Shown: positions 38,365 to 51,032 of the stretch, piece by piece
Position numbering within the stretch: position 1 is the first letter of the stretch
Layout of the letters: every line of letters starts with the position of its first letter
Source: Scyliorhinus canicula
Lineage: Eukaryota
NCBI RefSeq assembly: GCF_902713615.1
Contig: NC_052157.1
Coordinates: 76,201,411 to 76,265,410 of the forward strand
DNA length: 64,000 bases
Reading direction: 5' to 3'
Notes under the pieces: model-generated
Told to the model about the DNA's origin: nothing
The model's input: only the letters and a program-made list of their open reading frames with translations
Database searches by the model: none
Made by a program: the position numbers and the translations under genes

Positions 38365-39289
38365 CTGCAATGTCAACAGGAAACATATGGACAATTAATT
38401 TCCAATAGAAACAAAACAGCTTCCGCATCCATTTCTGTCTTCAGATCTTAACCCTGCTCAGAATGGGAAATGTTCCTCCTCGAAAACGTTCAAAAATTCG
38501 GGGAGAAATGCATTTCAGATGCATCAGAATAGTTAATTCCTGATATCTCAGTGCAGCTTCATATCCATACATTTCTGAGATTGAATTATTTTTGAAACAA
38601 CTTATTTCACCCGATAAATTAAGTGAAATTAGATGAGCTGAGAAGTGACCACTCTGTAGCTATAAGAATGTTTCAGCATATTTTTCTCTTATTGCGACAT
38701 CTCTTCCGAGACCACGACACAATGACATCCTAAACTGTAGAAAGGTTGTTTAATTTTCTTACCTATCCCCGAGCTTGCTACAGTACTCTCGACAGTCGCG
38801 CACCATACTTAGTTTAAGTAAAATATAAATCTCTTTATCCATGGGCACCACCAGTTTTTCCTTCGATGCTTTTGAAGTAAACGGCATATTACCTTACATT
38901 AGCCATATTCGCTCATATTGTTACCTCTATTATTTTCATACGTTACCCCCCTCCACATGAAATCTGCTGTCCTTACCCTTCCCTCAAAGAAAAACGCCAT
39001 AAGGGTTGCGAAAAAATACGCTAACTGTCGTCTCGCTTTCTTAGCGAAATACCGTAAAATTGTTGTCGTCTTCCGAATTAATTACCATTTGGAAAGACGT
39101 TTTTTTTTCGAATCGTTCCCCAATTACCATTGTACGTGCCGACATACATTGGGTCACGCTTTGAAAGTGTTCGCTAGCCTTCCCATTTCGCATGTTTTTA
39201 TCTACTCCATCCCAACGACATTTCACGATATATCTTCTGTTCAAATTCAAAAACATTTCTGTATTATCACTCATATTTTTTCCATCGTG

Positions 39290-39512
39290 GGGCAGCACGG
39301 TGGCCTAGTGATTAGCACAACCGCCTCACGGCGCTGAGTTCCTAGGTTCAATCCCGGCTCTGGGTCACTGTCCGTGTGGAGTTTGCACATTCTCCCCGTG
39401 TCTGCGTGGGTTTCGCCCCCACAACCCAAAAAACGTGCAAGCTAGGTGGATTGGCCACGCTAAATTGCCCCTTAATTGGAAAAATGATTGGGTACACTAA
39501 ATTTATTTTAAA
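39290..39512 (+). mobile_element. Short HE1-related SINE
   Basis: GGGCAGCACGGTGG head, B-box GGTTCAATCCC, conserved core. Confidence 0.85.
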
Positions 39513-39989
39513 AATATATTTTCCCCATCGTTCGTGGTCTTGTTTTCAGTAATTAGGCAATATAAGTTATTTGTGCCTCAGAAGCTATTCTTGGTTCCAT
39601 GTCCAATTCTGCAAACCCTTTAGGTTCAGAAGAACACAGTGTTGAGGAAGTTCTCATTTGTGTACCGTCCTGCAGAGTATCAACTCATTTTAATTCGTGA
39701 GAATTAGTGATAGGGTTAATATCAATGTTGGGCCACAACTTAAAGCATTCGATTGTCCACTCAGTTTATATTACGCCGTTATGAGAAAGATCATGATGAG
39801 GTTTGTGCATCTACTGTTGCATTTGTCTGCAAACTGAACCAAGGCCATAAAATAATTCGAAGGATACTCTCTGAATATATTCTCTCATTTAACGATATCA
39901 CTGGTGACGTGCCAAGCGCCCACACCCCACTCCAACCCGTCACCCGAGATTTAAATTGATGAGGGAGATATAACATGGGTGACCAAAAG

Positions 39990-40700
39990 ACAGAGCAAAT
40001 GTAGGAAGGAAATGCAGTTGTCCCCTTACTCCATCTCCCTGCAAAACTGATTTACCGATGTGGATAATGTTGAACTAGATGGCTCACCAAGGGAAGGCAG
40101 TAGCAGCCAAGCTCATTGTACCATGGTTGGAAGGAGAATGACAGACCTATAGTGATAGCCGACTCAATCGTAAGGGGAATAGAAAGGCGGTTCTGAGGTC
40201 GCAATCGAGATGCAAGGATGGTATGTAGCCACCCTGGTGCAAGTGTGACGAAAATAAAGGAGCGGCTGTAGGACATTCTGCGGTGTGGGGGCGGTAGACA
40301 GCCAGCTGCGTGGTACATACAGGGACCAACGATCTAAGTAAAAAACGGGATAAGGTCCTACACACTGAATTCAAGGGAGTTAGGAGTTAAACTATAAAGT
40401 TGGACCTCAAAGGTAGTACTCTCAGTGTTGTTACCAGGGCCACGAGTTAGTCACAGTGGGGATTGCAGGCTAGTTAGGACAAATGCGAGTCTCTGAGATG
40501 GGGCAGAGGGAGGGATTCAAATTCCTGGGGACTTGGAACCGCTTCTGTGACAAATGGGGCCAGTACAAACCAGAGGGGCGGCATCTATGGAGCACTGTAA
40601 CCAGTGCCCTAAGGAGGGAGGGGGTCGTGTTGTTGAGGTGCGTTCAAACTAATATGGAAGTGCGATGGAAACGATGTAGGAGGTCGGAGGGAATTAAAAC
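39990..40700 (+). mobile_element. CR1 ORF1 (esterase) fragment
   Basis: IVIADSIVRGIERRF, VVHTGTNDL, EGFKFLGTWNRF. Confidence 0.8.
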
Positions 40701-41000
40701 ATAGAACAGTACATAGAACAGTACAAAACAGAACAGGCCCTTCAGCCCGCAATGTTGTGCCGAGCTTTGTCGGAAACCAAGATCAAGCTATCCCACTCAC
40801 TGCCATTCTGATATGTTCCATGTGCCTATCAAATAACCGTTTGAAAGTTCCGAAAGGGTTCGACTCCATTATCACAGCAGAGAGTCCATTCCACACCCTA
40901 ACAACTCTCTGAGTAAAAAACCTACCTCGGACATCCCTCCTATCACCCACCCCGAACCTTATAGTTATGCCCCCTTGTAACAGCTGCATCCACCCGAGGT
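40697..41000 (-). mobile_element. CR1 3' end
   Basis: RDVRGRFFTQRVVRVWNGL and TTCTATG-type tail. Confidence 0.85.
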
Positions 41001-41455
41001 TGTAGCCTTTTTATGCATTGCAGGCCTTGTCACAGTCGACGGGGGTCCGTGTGGCTAGCCTGGGACTCGAACTTGGTCCGGTACTGTCTTTTGGCATCTT
41101 TGATGAATCTCCTTACATCATATCTGGATTTCTTGTATCGGCCAGAATCGCATGACTTGAACTCCTCAGACCTAGACTTCAGCAAGCAGTGGATATCCCA
41201 GTTCATCCAGGGTTTCCAGTTGGGAAACACGCGCATTAGCTTATTTGGCAGTCTTCTACACACTTACTATTGAAGTCAGTCACTGCAGTGGTGCACTCGT
41301 TCAGGCTGATCGCAGAGTTTTAAAATACGGGCCAGTCCACTGACTCTAAGCAATCCCGCACGAGATCATCCGATTCCTCAGACCAATATTGCACGACGTT
41401 GTTTGACGGGTTCTCAAGCTTCAGCTTTTGCTTCTAAGCCGGGAGCAGGAGCACG
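41001..41455 (-). mobile_element. Rex1/Babar-like LINE fragment
   Basis: RVFPNWKPWMN.DIHCLLKSRS..FKS.D...YKKSRYD.RR.IKDAKRQYRTK. Confidence 0.7.
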
Positions 41456-41489
41456 GTACGCTCTTGAAAAACGGCTTAGGCCAAATGAC

Positions 41490-41790
41490 CGGCAGGCATT
41501 GAAACAAAAACACGAATCACGGGAAAACATTCATCTTTACTGCCTGCACCCAGCCTGCCAATGACAAAGGGAGATTATCCGATATCAACAAGTCAGACTC
41601 CACCCTGTCCACCAAGCGAGTGGAATTGAACTTGCGAAGTTCTGCCCAGTCCCGGGCCACCTGAACCCCCAGATAACTAACGTGAGACACTGCCAAACGG
41701 TATGGCAACCCCCTCTACTCCATCCCCTGTCCCTGGAGAGGAAAGCACAAAGTATTCAATTTCCCCAAATTCATCTTATACCTGGAGAAT
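41490..41790 (-). mobile_element. L1/Tx1-like RT fragment
   Basis: YLGVQV......LRKFN...LV..V..DL.....LPLSLAG.VQAVKMNV.P. Confidence 0.75.
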
Positions 41791-41794
41791 GTTC

Positions 41795-42360
41795 CAAATA
41801 TCTGCAGCAAGCCTTCGGCCCACCCAAGCCTGTGCTGATCATGATGCCCTAACTTTACAAAAAAAACCTTCTGCCCTTACTCTGTCCGTATCCCTCTATT
41901 TCCTCCCTATTCATGTACCCATGTAGATGTCTCATAAATGTTGCTACTGTGCCTGCATCCACTACATTCTCTGGCAACTCATTCCAGGCAGCCACCATTC
42001 TCTCCATGAAAAACGTACACCGCACATCTCCCTTAAACTTTCCCTCTCTCACCTTAAACCTGTGTTCCCTTGTAGTTGACACTTCCACTCTTGGAAAAAG
42101 CTTCTGACTATCCTCCCTGTCTACGCCTCTCATAATTTTGTAGATCTCCAGTGAAAACTATCCTAATTTATTCAACCGATCATTATAGCGAACACACTCG
42201 AGACCAGGCAACATCCTAGTGAACCTTCTTTCCACTCTCTTCAAAGCTTCCATGTCCTTCTGATAATGTGGTGACCGAAACTGCACGCAATACTCCAAAT
42301 GCGGCCGAATCAAGGTTTTATATAACTGCAACATGGTTTCACATCTCTTGCACTCAAGGA
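41795..42360 (-). mobile_element. CR1 3' fragment
   Basis: MRGVDREDSQKLFPRVEVSTTREHRFKV…FFMERMVAAWNELP. Confidence 0.85.
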
Positions 42361-42469
42361 CACCCTATGCACCCTAGTCCCCTTACTATCGCCCTTCCAC
42401 AACCCCTAGCTCCTCAGTTTCAGTGGCCAAGGGCTCAAAGAGAAGTGGGGGGGGGCATAGGGCCTCACT

Positions 42470-43097
42470 CTCTCTGTATGATTCTCTCTCTCTCCAGCCA
42501 TCTCTCTCTCTCCCTTTGTCTCTGCCACTCTTTCGCTCTGTCACTGTCTCTTTCCCTCAATCTCCAGCCTTCTCACTGCTTATCATCGGCCACCCCGTTC
42601 TCTCTCTCTGCTCTCCATACCTCTCTACTTTATCTTTCGCATTCTCTCTCTCACTCCAACCATCTCGCACACTCACGAGCCATATTTCCCTCTCACCGGC
42701 CATCTCTCAGTCTCTCCAACCATCTCTCTCTCTCTCTCCAGCCATCTCTCTCTCATCAGCCATCTCTCATCTCTCTCTAGCCATCTCTCTCTCTCTCCAG
42801 CCATCACTCTCTCTCTCCAGCCATCTCTCTCTCATCAGCCATCTCTCTGTCTCTCTCTCCAGCCATCTCTCTCTCTCCAGCCATCACTCTCTCTCTCCAG
42901 ACATCTCTCTCTCTCTCACCAGCCATTTATCTCTCTCTCTCTCCAGCCATCTCTCTCTCTCCAGTCATCTCCAGCCATCTCTCTCTCTCTCTCTTCAGCC
43001 ATCTCTCTCTCTCTCTCTGCAGCCATCTCTCTATCTCTCTCCAGCCATCTCTCTCTTTCTCTAGCCATCTCTCTCTCTCTCGATCCATCTCTCTCTC
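42470..43097. repeat. (CCAGCCAT(CT)n) minisatellite, homopyrimidine-rich
   Basis: Directly visible tandem units. Confidence 0.95.
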
Positions 43098-43385
43098 AAA
43101 TAATTTATTGAGTAAATCAACAAATAAACTTGTGAGTTTGATGCTTCAATACTTTTGCTCGCTATTAAATAAACAAGATAGAATAAGAATAAACTATGAT
43201 TAGACTTGCACTCTGAGCTAACTCTCTATACCTTTGGTCACTAGTCACAATACACAAGAAAAGACGGGAAAACAGACTGAATCTGTCTTTATACCCCTTG
43301 TCCGTGCTGGCATTTAGTGATCACGTAGCTTTAATGCCTGTACATTAACCCCTTATGTGCATATATAGATATCCAGATCACTACA
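43098..43385 (-). mobile_element. Partial Gypsy-type LTR
   Basis: Minus strand begins TGTAGTGATCTG…AAGGGGTTAATGTA and contains TATAAA and AATAAA. Confidence 0.5.
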
Positions 43386-43619
43386 TCCCTCCTTCTCCCT
43401 GCTTCCTCTCTTTCTGATTCCCTCTGTCTCTGTCAGATGGATCAGATCAAACGGGGAACTTCATTAAAAGTTAGAAACTGGACAGACAATGGCTAATATT
43501 TCAGCATTGCAGCAGGTCGACATTCCTTTCAGCCGCAAACACACACCAAGAAAAGTGACACAACCATTGTTAACAAAATAAATGAAGGATAGTATTGGAT
43601 CCAAAAAGAAATCATAAAC

Positions 43620-45418
43620 AATGTGTTTCTATCAATGTGAGCGTTTGTGTGTGTCTGTGTCAGTGTGAGTGTGCTTGTGTGTCTGTGTCAGTCTGAGAGT
43701 GTTTGTGTGCCTGTATCAGTGTGAGTGTTTGTGTCTGTGTCAGTGTGATTATGTTTGTGCGTGTGTCAGTGTGTGTGTTTGTGTATCGGTGTCAGTATGA
43801 GTGTCTTTGTGTGTCTGTGTCAGTGTGAGTATATTTGTGTGTCTGTGTTTGTGTGCCTGTGTCAGTGTGTGTGTGTCTGTGTCAGTGTGAGTGTGTTTGC
43901 GTGCCTGTTTCAATATGAGTGTGTTATCATGAGTGTGTTGTATGTGTGTCATTGTGATTATCTTTGTGCGTCTGTCATTGTGTGTGTGTTATTATGAGTG
44001 TGTTTGTGTGTGTCTGAATGTGAGTGTGTTTGTGTGTGTATCAGTGTGAGAGTGTCTGCGTGTGTGTCAGTGTGAATGTGGTTAAGTGTGTGTGTTTTTG
44101 TTTGTGTGTGTTTGATGTGTGTGCCGTTGTGTGTCTGCGTGAGTGTGTTTGTGTGTGTATCACTGTGGGTGTGTTGTGTGTCAGTGTGAGTGAGTTTCTG
44201 TGACTGTGTCAATGTGATTGTATTTGTGTGTTCGTATCAATGTGAGTGAATTTGTGTGTCAGTGTGACTTTGTCTGCGAGTTGTGTGTCAGTTTGAATGT
44301 GTTTGTGCGTGTCAGTGTGTTTTTGTGTTTCTGTTTCAGTTTGAGTCTGTTTGTGTGTCTGTGTCAGTGTGAGTGTGTTTGTGTGCGGGTGTCATTGTGT
44401 GTGTTTGTGTGTCAGTGTGAGTGTATTTGTGTGCCTGTGTCAGCGTGAGTGTGTTTGTGTGCCTCTGTCAGTGTGACTGTGTTTGTGTGTCTGGGTCAGT
44501 ATGTGTGTTTGTGTGCGGGTCAGTGTGTGTAATTGTGTGCTGTTTTATGTGTCAGTGTATGTTGTTGTGTATGTCAGTGCGAGGTGTCTGTGTGTGTGTG
44601 TCAGTGCGAGTGTGTTTGTGTGTCTGTGTCTGAGTGTGTTGCGTGTCTGTGCATGTGAGTGTGTTTGTGTGCCTGTGCCAGTGTGAATGTGTTTGTGTGT
44701 GTGTGACTCTGTGTGTTTTTGAGTGTATGTCAGTGTGAGTGTGGCTGTGTGTTAATGTGAGTCTGTTTCTGTGTCAGTGTGAGTGTGTCTGTGACAATAT
44801 GAGTGTGAATGTGTGTCTGTGTCAATGTGAGTGTTACTGAGTGTGTGTCGGTGTGTGTGTGTTGTGTGCCTGTGTCAGTGTGAGTGTGTTTGTGTGCCTG
44901 TGCCAGTGTGAGTGTATTTGTGTATCTGGGTCAGTGTTAGAGTGTTTGTGTGCAAGTGTCAGTGAGTGTTCTTGTGTGTCTGGGTCATCATGTGTGTTTG
45001 TGTGCGTGTCAGTGCGTGTAGTTGTGTATTGTTTTGTGTGTCAGTGGGTGTTGTTGTGTGTGTCAGTGCGATTGTGTTTCTCTGTGTGTGTCAGTGCAAG
45101 TGTGTTTGTGTGTTTGTGTCTGTGAGTGTGTTGCGTGCCTGTGAGTGTGTTGTGTTAGTGTGTGTGTGTGTCTGTCAATGCGAGTGTGTTTGTGTGCCTG
45201 TGTCAGTGTGAATGTGGTTGTGTGTGTGTGTCAGTGTGTGTGTTTGTGTGTATGTCAGTATGAGTGTGGCTGTGTGTAAATGTGAGTGTGTTTGTGTGTC
45301 AGTTTGAGTGTGTTTGTGTGCCTGTGTCAATGTGAGTGTGACTGTGTGTCTGTGTCAATGTGAGTGGCAGTGAGTGTGTGTCAATATGTCTGTCAGTGTG
45401 TCAGTGTGTGTGTTGTGT
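43620..45418. repeat. ~1.8-kb GT-rich degenerate satellite (unit approx. GTGTCAGTGTGAGTGTGTTTGTGTGT)
   Basis: Directly visible. Confidence 0.95.
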
Positions 45419-45419
45419 G

Positions 45420-48400
45420 AAGGGAGTAAGAGGAAACGTGTAAGGCAGAGAAGCAATGGTCAAAAATCTAAAAGGGCCACAGGACAGGATAAAGTGAGGA
45501 AGGAGAGCTCAGTGAATATGTCCAGTAATACCAAAAGGTATAAGACTAGAGTAAAGCGAAACAGCAGGTTATTACGTGAAGACATTGATTCAAATATAAG
45601 AAAAATTAGGAGAAAGGCTAAAGGGAAAAATAACTGAGAAGAGGTTATTGACAAAGGTGAGAAGAGTCAAAATGCAGGTATAAAGGCCGACATACGAGTA
45701 TATTGCGTGAATGCTCGTAGTATTCGTAATAAGGTGAATATGTTGATGGCACAAACCATTGTGAATGACTATGATTTAGTGGTCATTACTGGAACATGGT
45801 AAAATGATGGTCAAGACTGGGATTTAAACATCCAAACTATTCGGAAGGACAGAGTGGATGGTCAGGGATGTGGTGCAGCTCCTTTACTTATGTTTGACAA
45901 CTGGACAGTATTGGGGGATGACATCAGTGGTATGTAGGATAAGTTTGAATCCATGCGGGTGGAAATCAGGAATACTAAGGTGAAAACCTCACTGGTGGGA
46001 GTAGTCTGTAGCCCACTAAATAGTAACAATATGGTGGGGCGGGCAATTAACAAATAAATAACTGATACATGTAGAAATGGTACCTCAGTTATCATCTTTG
46101 ATTATAAAATATCTGTTGATTGGTTGAACCAGATCAGTCAAAGCAGCTTTGAGGCTGAGTTGATAGAATGCATCGGCGATAGTTTCTTGGAACAGTATGT
46201 AATGGAACCTGCAAGGGAACAAGTGGTCCTGTGTATAGTCCGGTATAATGAGTCAGAATTGATTATTGGTCTCATTTTCAGGGCTCCTCTCGGAAGGAGC
46301 GATCACTATATGGCGGAATATAAAATGCAGATACATGGGTGAGAAGGTAAAATCAAAGAATGGTGTGTTATGCTTAAACAAAGGAGATGACAATAGGAAG
46401 AGGGAAGACCTTGCTAAGGTAGACTGGGAGCAACTACTTGATCGTGCAACAGTTGAAAAACAATGGAGAACCTTCCAAGCATGTTTTCACAGTGGTCAGC
46501 AAAAGATTATAATCAGAAAAAAGAAGGACGGTACAAAGAGGGAAAATCGACCGTCAATATGTAAGGAACGAAGGGAGAGTAGAAATCAAAGTCAAAATCA
46601 TACAAATGGCAATGATTAGTGGGAGATTAGAGGATTTGGAAATCTTTAGAGGGCAACAGAAAACAACGACAGAAGCAATAAAGAAGACTACGATAGTTTA
46701 TGAGATTAAGCTTGCTCAGAATATAAAGAACAGATTGCAAACATTCCTACAAAAATTAAAACAATAAAAAGAGTAGCTGTGGTAAATATTTGTCCTTTAG
46801 AGGATGAGAAGGGAAATTTAATAATGGGAGATGAGGAGACTTCTGAGGAACCGAACAGGTGTATTGGGTCTGACTTCACAGTGGAAGACACAAATAACAT
46901 GCCAGTGACTGATTGAAAAGAGGCTACGGCAGGTGAGGAACTTGAGACAATTGTTACCACTAAGCAGTTAGTGATGGGCGAGCTAATGGGAATGAAGGAA
47001 GAGAAGTCTCCTGGCCCTGATGGATGCGCCCAGGGTACTAAAAAATATGGCAAGGAAATTGAACAGGCACTCGTAATAATTTACCAAAATTCACTAGACT
47101 CTGGGTGGTGACCGCGGATTTCAAATTAGCAAACGTAACACCATTGTTTAAAAACGGAGGTAAAAAGAATACGGATAATTATAGGCTCGTTAGCTTAAAA
47201 TCAGTAGCAGGGATGATGCTGCAATCTTCCATCAAGGATGAAGTAGAGAGGGATCTGAATGGAAATTGTCCCATTGAACCGACGAGGCAGGGGATTATGA
47301 AAAGCAGGTCGTACCTGAGTAAATTAGTGGAATTGTTTGAGGACATTACAAGTATGATAGACAACGGGGAGCCAATGAATGTGATATATCTGGATTTCCA
47401 GAACGCCTTTAACAAGGTGCCACACATGGTTGCTGCATCAGATAATGATGCATGACGTTGAAGGTAAAGTAGTATCATTCGTACAGGATAAGTTAATTAT
47501 CAAGAAGCAAAGAGTGAGGATTAAAACGTGTTTTTGTTTTATTGGCAATCAGTGCCTAGTGGTGTCCCTCAGGGATCAGTGTTCAGTCCACAATAGTTCA
47601 CAATTTACAGAGGTCATTTGGAGTCGAAGACCAATGCAATATGTCTAAATTTGCAGGCGACACTAAGATGAGTGTGTAGACAAAAATTGCAGAGAATACT
47701 GGAAGTCTGCAGACGGATTTTGAAAGTTTAAGTGAATGGGTAGAGTCTAGCAGATGGAACACAATGATAAAAATTTGAGGTTATCCATTTTAGTAGTCAT
47801 AACAGCAAAATGGATTATTATTTAAATGATAAAATATTGAAACAGGCTGCTGTGCAGAGGGAGCTGGGTGTCCTCGTACATGTGTTGCAAAACTTAGGTT
47901 TGCAAGTGCAGCAGGTAATTCTGAAGGCGAATGGAGTTGTGTCCTTCATTACTAGAAGGATGGCATGTATGACTCGGTAGGTTATGATGAAACTGTATAA
48001 GATGTTAGGGAGGTCACACCTGGAGTAGTATGTCCAGTTTTGATCTGCATACCTGAGAAAGGACGTACTGGCGCTGGAGGGTGTGCAGGGGCGATTCAGG
48101 AGGCTAATCCCAGAATTCAGGCGGTTGGATTAGGAGGAGTTGTTTAATAGACAGGGAAGTACCTCGATTGAATTTAGAAGGATGTCTTGGGATCTCATAG
48201 ATACATAAAACAATGAAGCGGATATGTAGGATTGATTCGGGCACGTTGTTTCCACTCGCCGGTGAAAGGAGACCGAGGGGGCATAATCTCAAAATAAGGA
48301 TTAAGGACTACGTTTAGGAGGAACTAATTCACACAAAGTCTTGTGAATTAATGGAATTCTCTGCCAAGTGAAGCACGTGAGGCTCCTTGATTAAATGTTT

Positions 48401-48560
48401 TCAAGATTAAAATAGATCGTCTTTTGAAGAATAAAGGAATAAAGTATGTTCGTGCGGGAAAGTGGAGCTCAGTCCACAAAAGATCACCCATGGTCTCATT
48501 GCGTGACGGAGCTAACTCGAAGGGCCAGATGCCCGAATACTGCTCCTAGTTCTTATGCTG
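45420..48560 (+). mobile_element. CR1 LINE ORF2 and 3' UTR, degenerate
   Basis: VNARSIRNK, LGRSDH, ANVTPLFKNG, YLDFQNAFNKVPH, FAGDTK. Confidence 0.92.
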
Positions 48561-48936
48561 CTATATTAATATTTCCTGGTTGTTTCTAGTTAACGCATAC
48601 ACTTAACATGACCTTATATTCTCATTTGATGTCAAACACTTATTACTCAAGGTTGACCGAGTTCCACGTTGTGACCTTTATCCATGTCCAGAAGTAAAGG
48701 CTGGATGCATAATTGGATACATTGACGACGATCTTGCACTCATATAAATTACTCTAATTTTCACTACATCGCAAGTGAAAATGCCTCCTGTCCGTCTTGT
48801 CGAACACATTTCCACCATAAGGCCCTTACTAACATACGTTATTTCTGAATGTTATTCAAAAAAACGATGGCACATTGAAGCAAAGCAATAATTGCTACAT
48901 GGAAACACTTATGAGTTACTGTGAGGAAATTACAAC

Positions 48937-48963
48937 CTTTTTCTTTTACGTTATAAGATCCTT
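48937..48963 (-). CDS. Host gene micro-exon 5 (27 nt, EGSYNVKEK)
   Basis: gttgttttcacccttgtaaacag|AAGGATCTTATAACGTAAAAGAAAAAG|gttgta; weak donor, fits size and register. Confidence 0.62.
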
Positions 48964-49605
48964 CTGTTTACAAGGGTGAAAACAACAATGTTAAATTAGT
49001 TCAAGTAGTTCGAGGTCGTTTAAGGGTATTGGGATTGATGGAAGTACGAACTAACACCGAGATTATGAGTGAATGATTGAACCAAAGAAAAGAAACTTTG
49101 CTGCAAACTTTCCCCAATCACCCTTGTTTTGGCCTGCATAATTTGTAGCACATAAAATATTGCAAATTATCTGCACTTTGCCTTTAACCATGCGCTACTG
49201 GATCATTCCTCTGTGATGCACCATAATGATATATTCAGAGCGGTCAATGGAACAAAATATATGTGTTTTCCCAGATCAAAGGTTTTAGTGCAAAGCATTG
49301 ATCTGTGTAACAAGACAAATTAACGTTCGAGGAACTCTATTCCAGCATAAAAAACGATGGGCACACAAATTGGCTTGTGACGCATCTGCTGGATTATTAT
49401 ATCAAACAATTTTGACACTTGTATTTGCGTCACATCATGGCAAAACGTTCAAAACTCCATTCACTTATTTCTTGTCATAATTCAGAATTATATCCTGGCG
49501 TGTTTAGAGTATCTTTGAAACATAATGCAATACAACTTACAACACATGAAATAAATTAAATGATTCATTATAACAAGTAAATAGATGAACGATTATATTT
49601 CTCAC

Positions 49606-49641
49606 CTAAATCTTTCAGTGATGTTTGGCAGATGCTCAGAT
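49606..49641 (-). CDS. Host gene micro-exon 4 (36 nt, DLSICQTSLKDL)
   Basis: ttttactgtattgtag|ATCTGAGCATCTGCCAAACATCACTGAAAGATTTAG|gtgaga. Confidence 0.78.
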
Positions 49642-50150
49642 CTACAATACAGTAAAATAACAATCCAGCATTTAATGGGTGTGAGCAGTGGCGTCGTCAG
49701 CTCCTTAAGATAGAGGAACTCGAAAAATAAACAAAGAATATGATATATTTATCATGTAATTCAACATCTTTGGCAGGGGAACAGAAAAACAATTTGAGCG
49801 ATGTGAATATCCATATTTTTTAAATATAAATATAATGTGTACACTATTCTTTTATTTCCCCCTTCAATATCTATCCAACCGAAAAGTTCCAATCAACGGT
49901 CAATTCTCTGTTCTTGTCTACTTCAGTGCAGTGGTAAAGAAGATTGGCAGGCTCGACAACCAGAATGATGCAGACATGCATAAATGTGTTCCGCCGGCCA
50001 GAGGTCTGATAAATGTGGTGCGTTAATTAGAATCCCGGTGCAATGCGATGTTGTAAAGCCATGCTTTTCAATTGATGGTTGTTGGATCGAACATACCATC
50101 TGCTCCTGGAACCAAAGACAGAATGATGAAACATCTCAGCAGGTATGGGC

Positions 50151-50282
50151 TTTGACAAAGCGTCATCTGGACTCGAAACTTTAGCTCTTTTCTCTGCTAA
50201 CAGATGCTTTCAGGCCTTCTGAGATTTCGCAGCATTTTTTATTTGCTTTCAGATTCAAGCATCCGCAGTAATTTGCTTTTAT
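50151..50282 (+). mobile_element. Penelope-associated short repeat with degenerate hammerhead core
   Basis: TTTGACAAAGCGTCATCTGGACTCGAAAC…CAGATGC…TTTCAGATTC…CATCCGCAGTAATTTGCTTTTAT; three copies in the window. Confidence 0.7.
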
Positions 50283-51017
50283 ATTCGCCTGCTGCCATTG
50301 CCACAGACGCGACGGCACCCAAACAACTCTGTAAGCTATCTGGTGGAACACAGAACATCGCTCAATGGATGGATTTTTTTTTTTACAATCATGTTTCGGT
50401 TAATAAATGCAATCAAAGCAATCTCGCGGTATCAGAAGATCTCTCACGCTGGATAGAAACTATGGATTTCGACAGACCGCCTTTTTTTTCTGCGAGCGCA
50501 AGGGAAGACAAGAAATTCACTCATGGTATCTGTTTCTCGCTGGGCCATCTCTCAGTGCCATGGAACTGAGCTCTGGAAATGCCATCCGAGTTTCAACCAC
50601 ATTGGCGTTAGTGCAGTAACATACAGGTCAACCCATATAAGGATAGCATGTTAGCTGCCCGAAAGATATTGTTGAATCACATGGAATTTTACAATAATTG
50701 ACAAGAGTCATATTGAACTATTCATTTTCGATTATAGAAAATATGTATGTATAACATTCAGCATATACAGTGATGGATTATGAACATAGGTCCACAGAGT
50801 ATTAAGCAGAAAAGCAAGGGTAAATTATTCCTCATTGTTTCGTCATTTCGGAGGCTCCATCAATCCAATTTTACTTTCAAAAGAATTAGAAACAATGTAC
50901 GAGCTACTTCCGTTAATATTTGTCATTCCCACGAATTTCCAAGGAATTCTTACTGTGCGGAAAATTGCAGTTCGGGCTATCGCATATGCTCTGGTGCTAC
51001 CAAAGGCTCTAACTTAC

Positions 51018-51032
51018 CCGTCGATATTTTAT
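51018..51032 (-). CDS. Host gene micro-exon 3 (15 nt, DKIST)
   Basis: ttgttttctgattcacag|ATAAAATATCGACGG|gtaagtt. Confidence 0.75.

Noticed and set aside
38611-38637. 27-nt segment (AHLISLNLS) with AG/GT ends
   Set aside because: Weak donor (gtgaaa), lacks the conserved Lys, and does not fit the register
38763-38777. 15-nt AG…GTAAG segment (ASSGI) as an extra micro-exon
   Set aside because: No polypyrimidine tract, no similarity to the two supported 15-nt exons, and inclusion would break the size alternation and heptad register
42268-45211. Long Ser/Leu- and Cys/Val-rich ORFs
   Set aside because: Translations of stop-poor satellites
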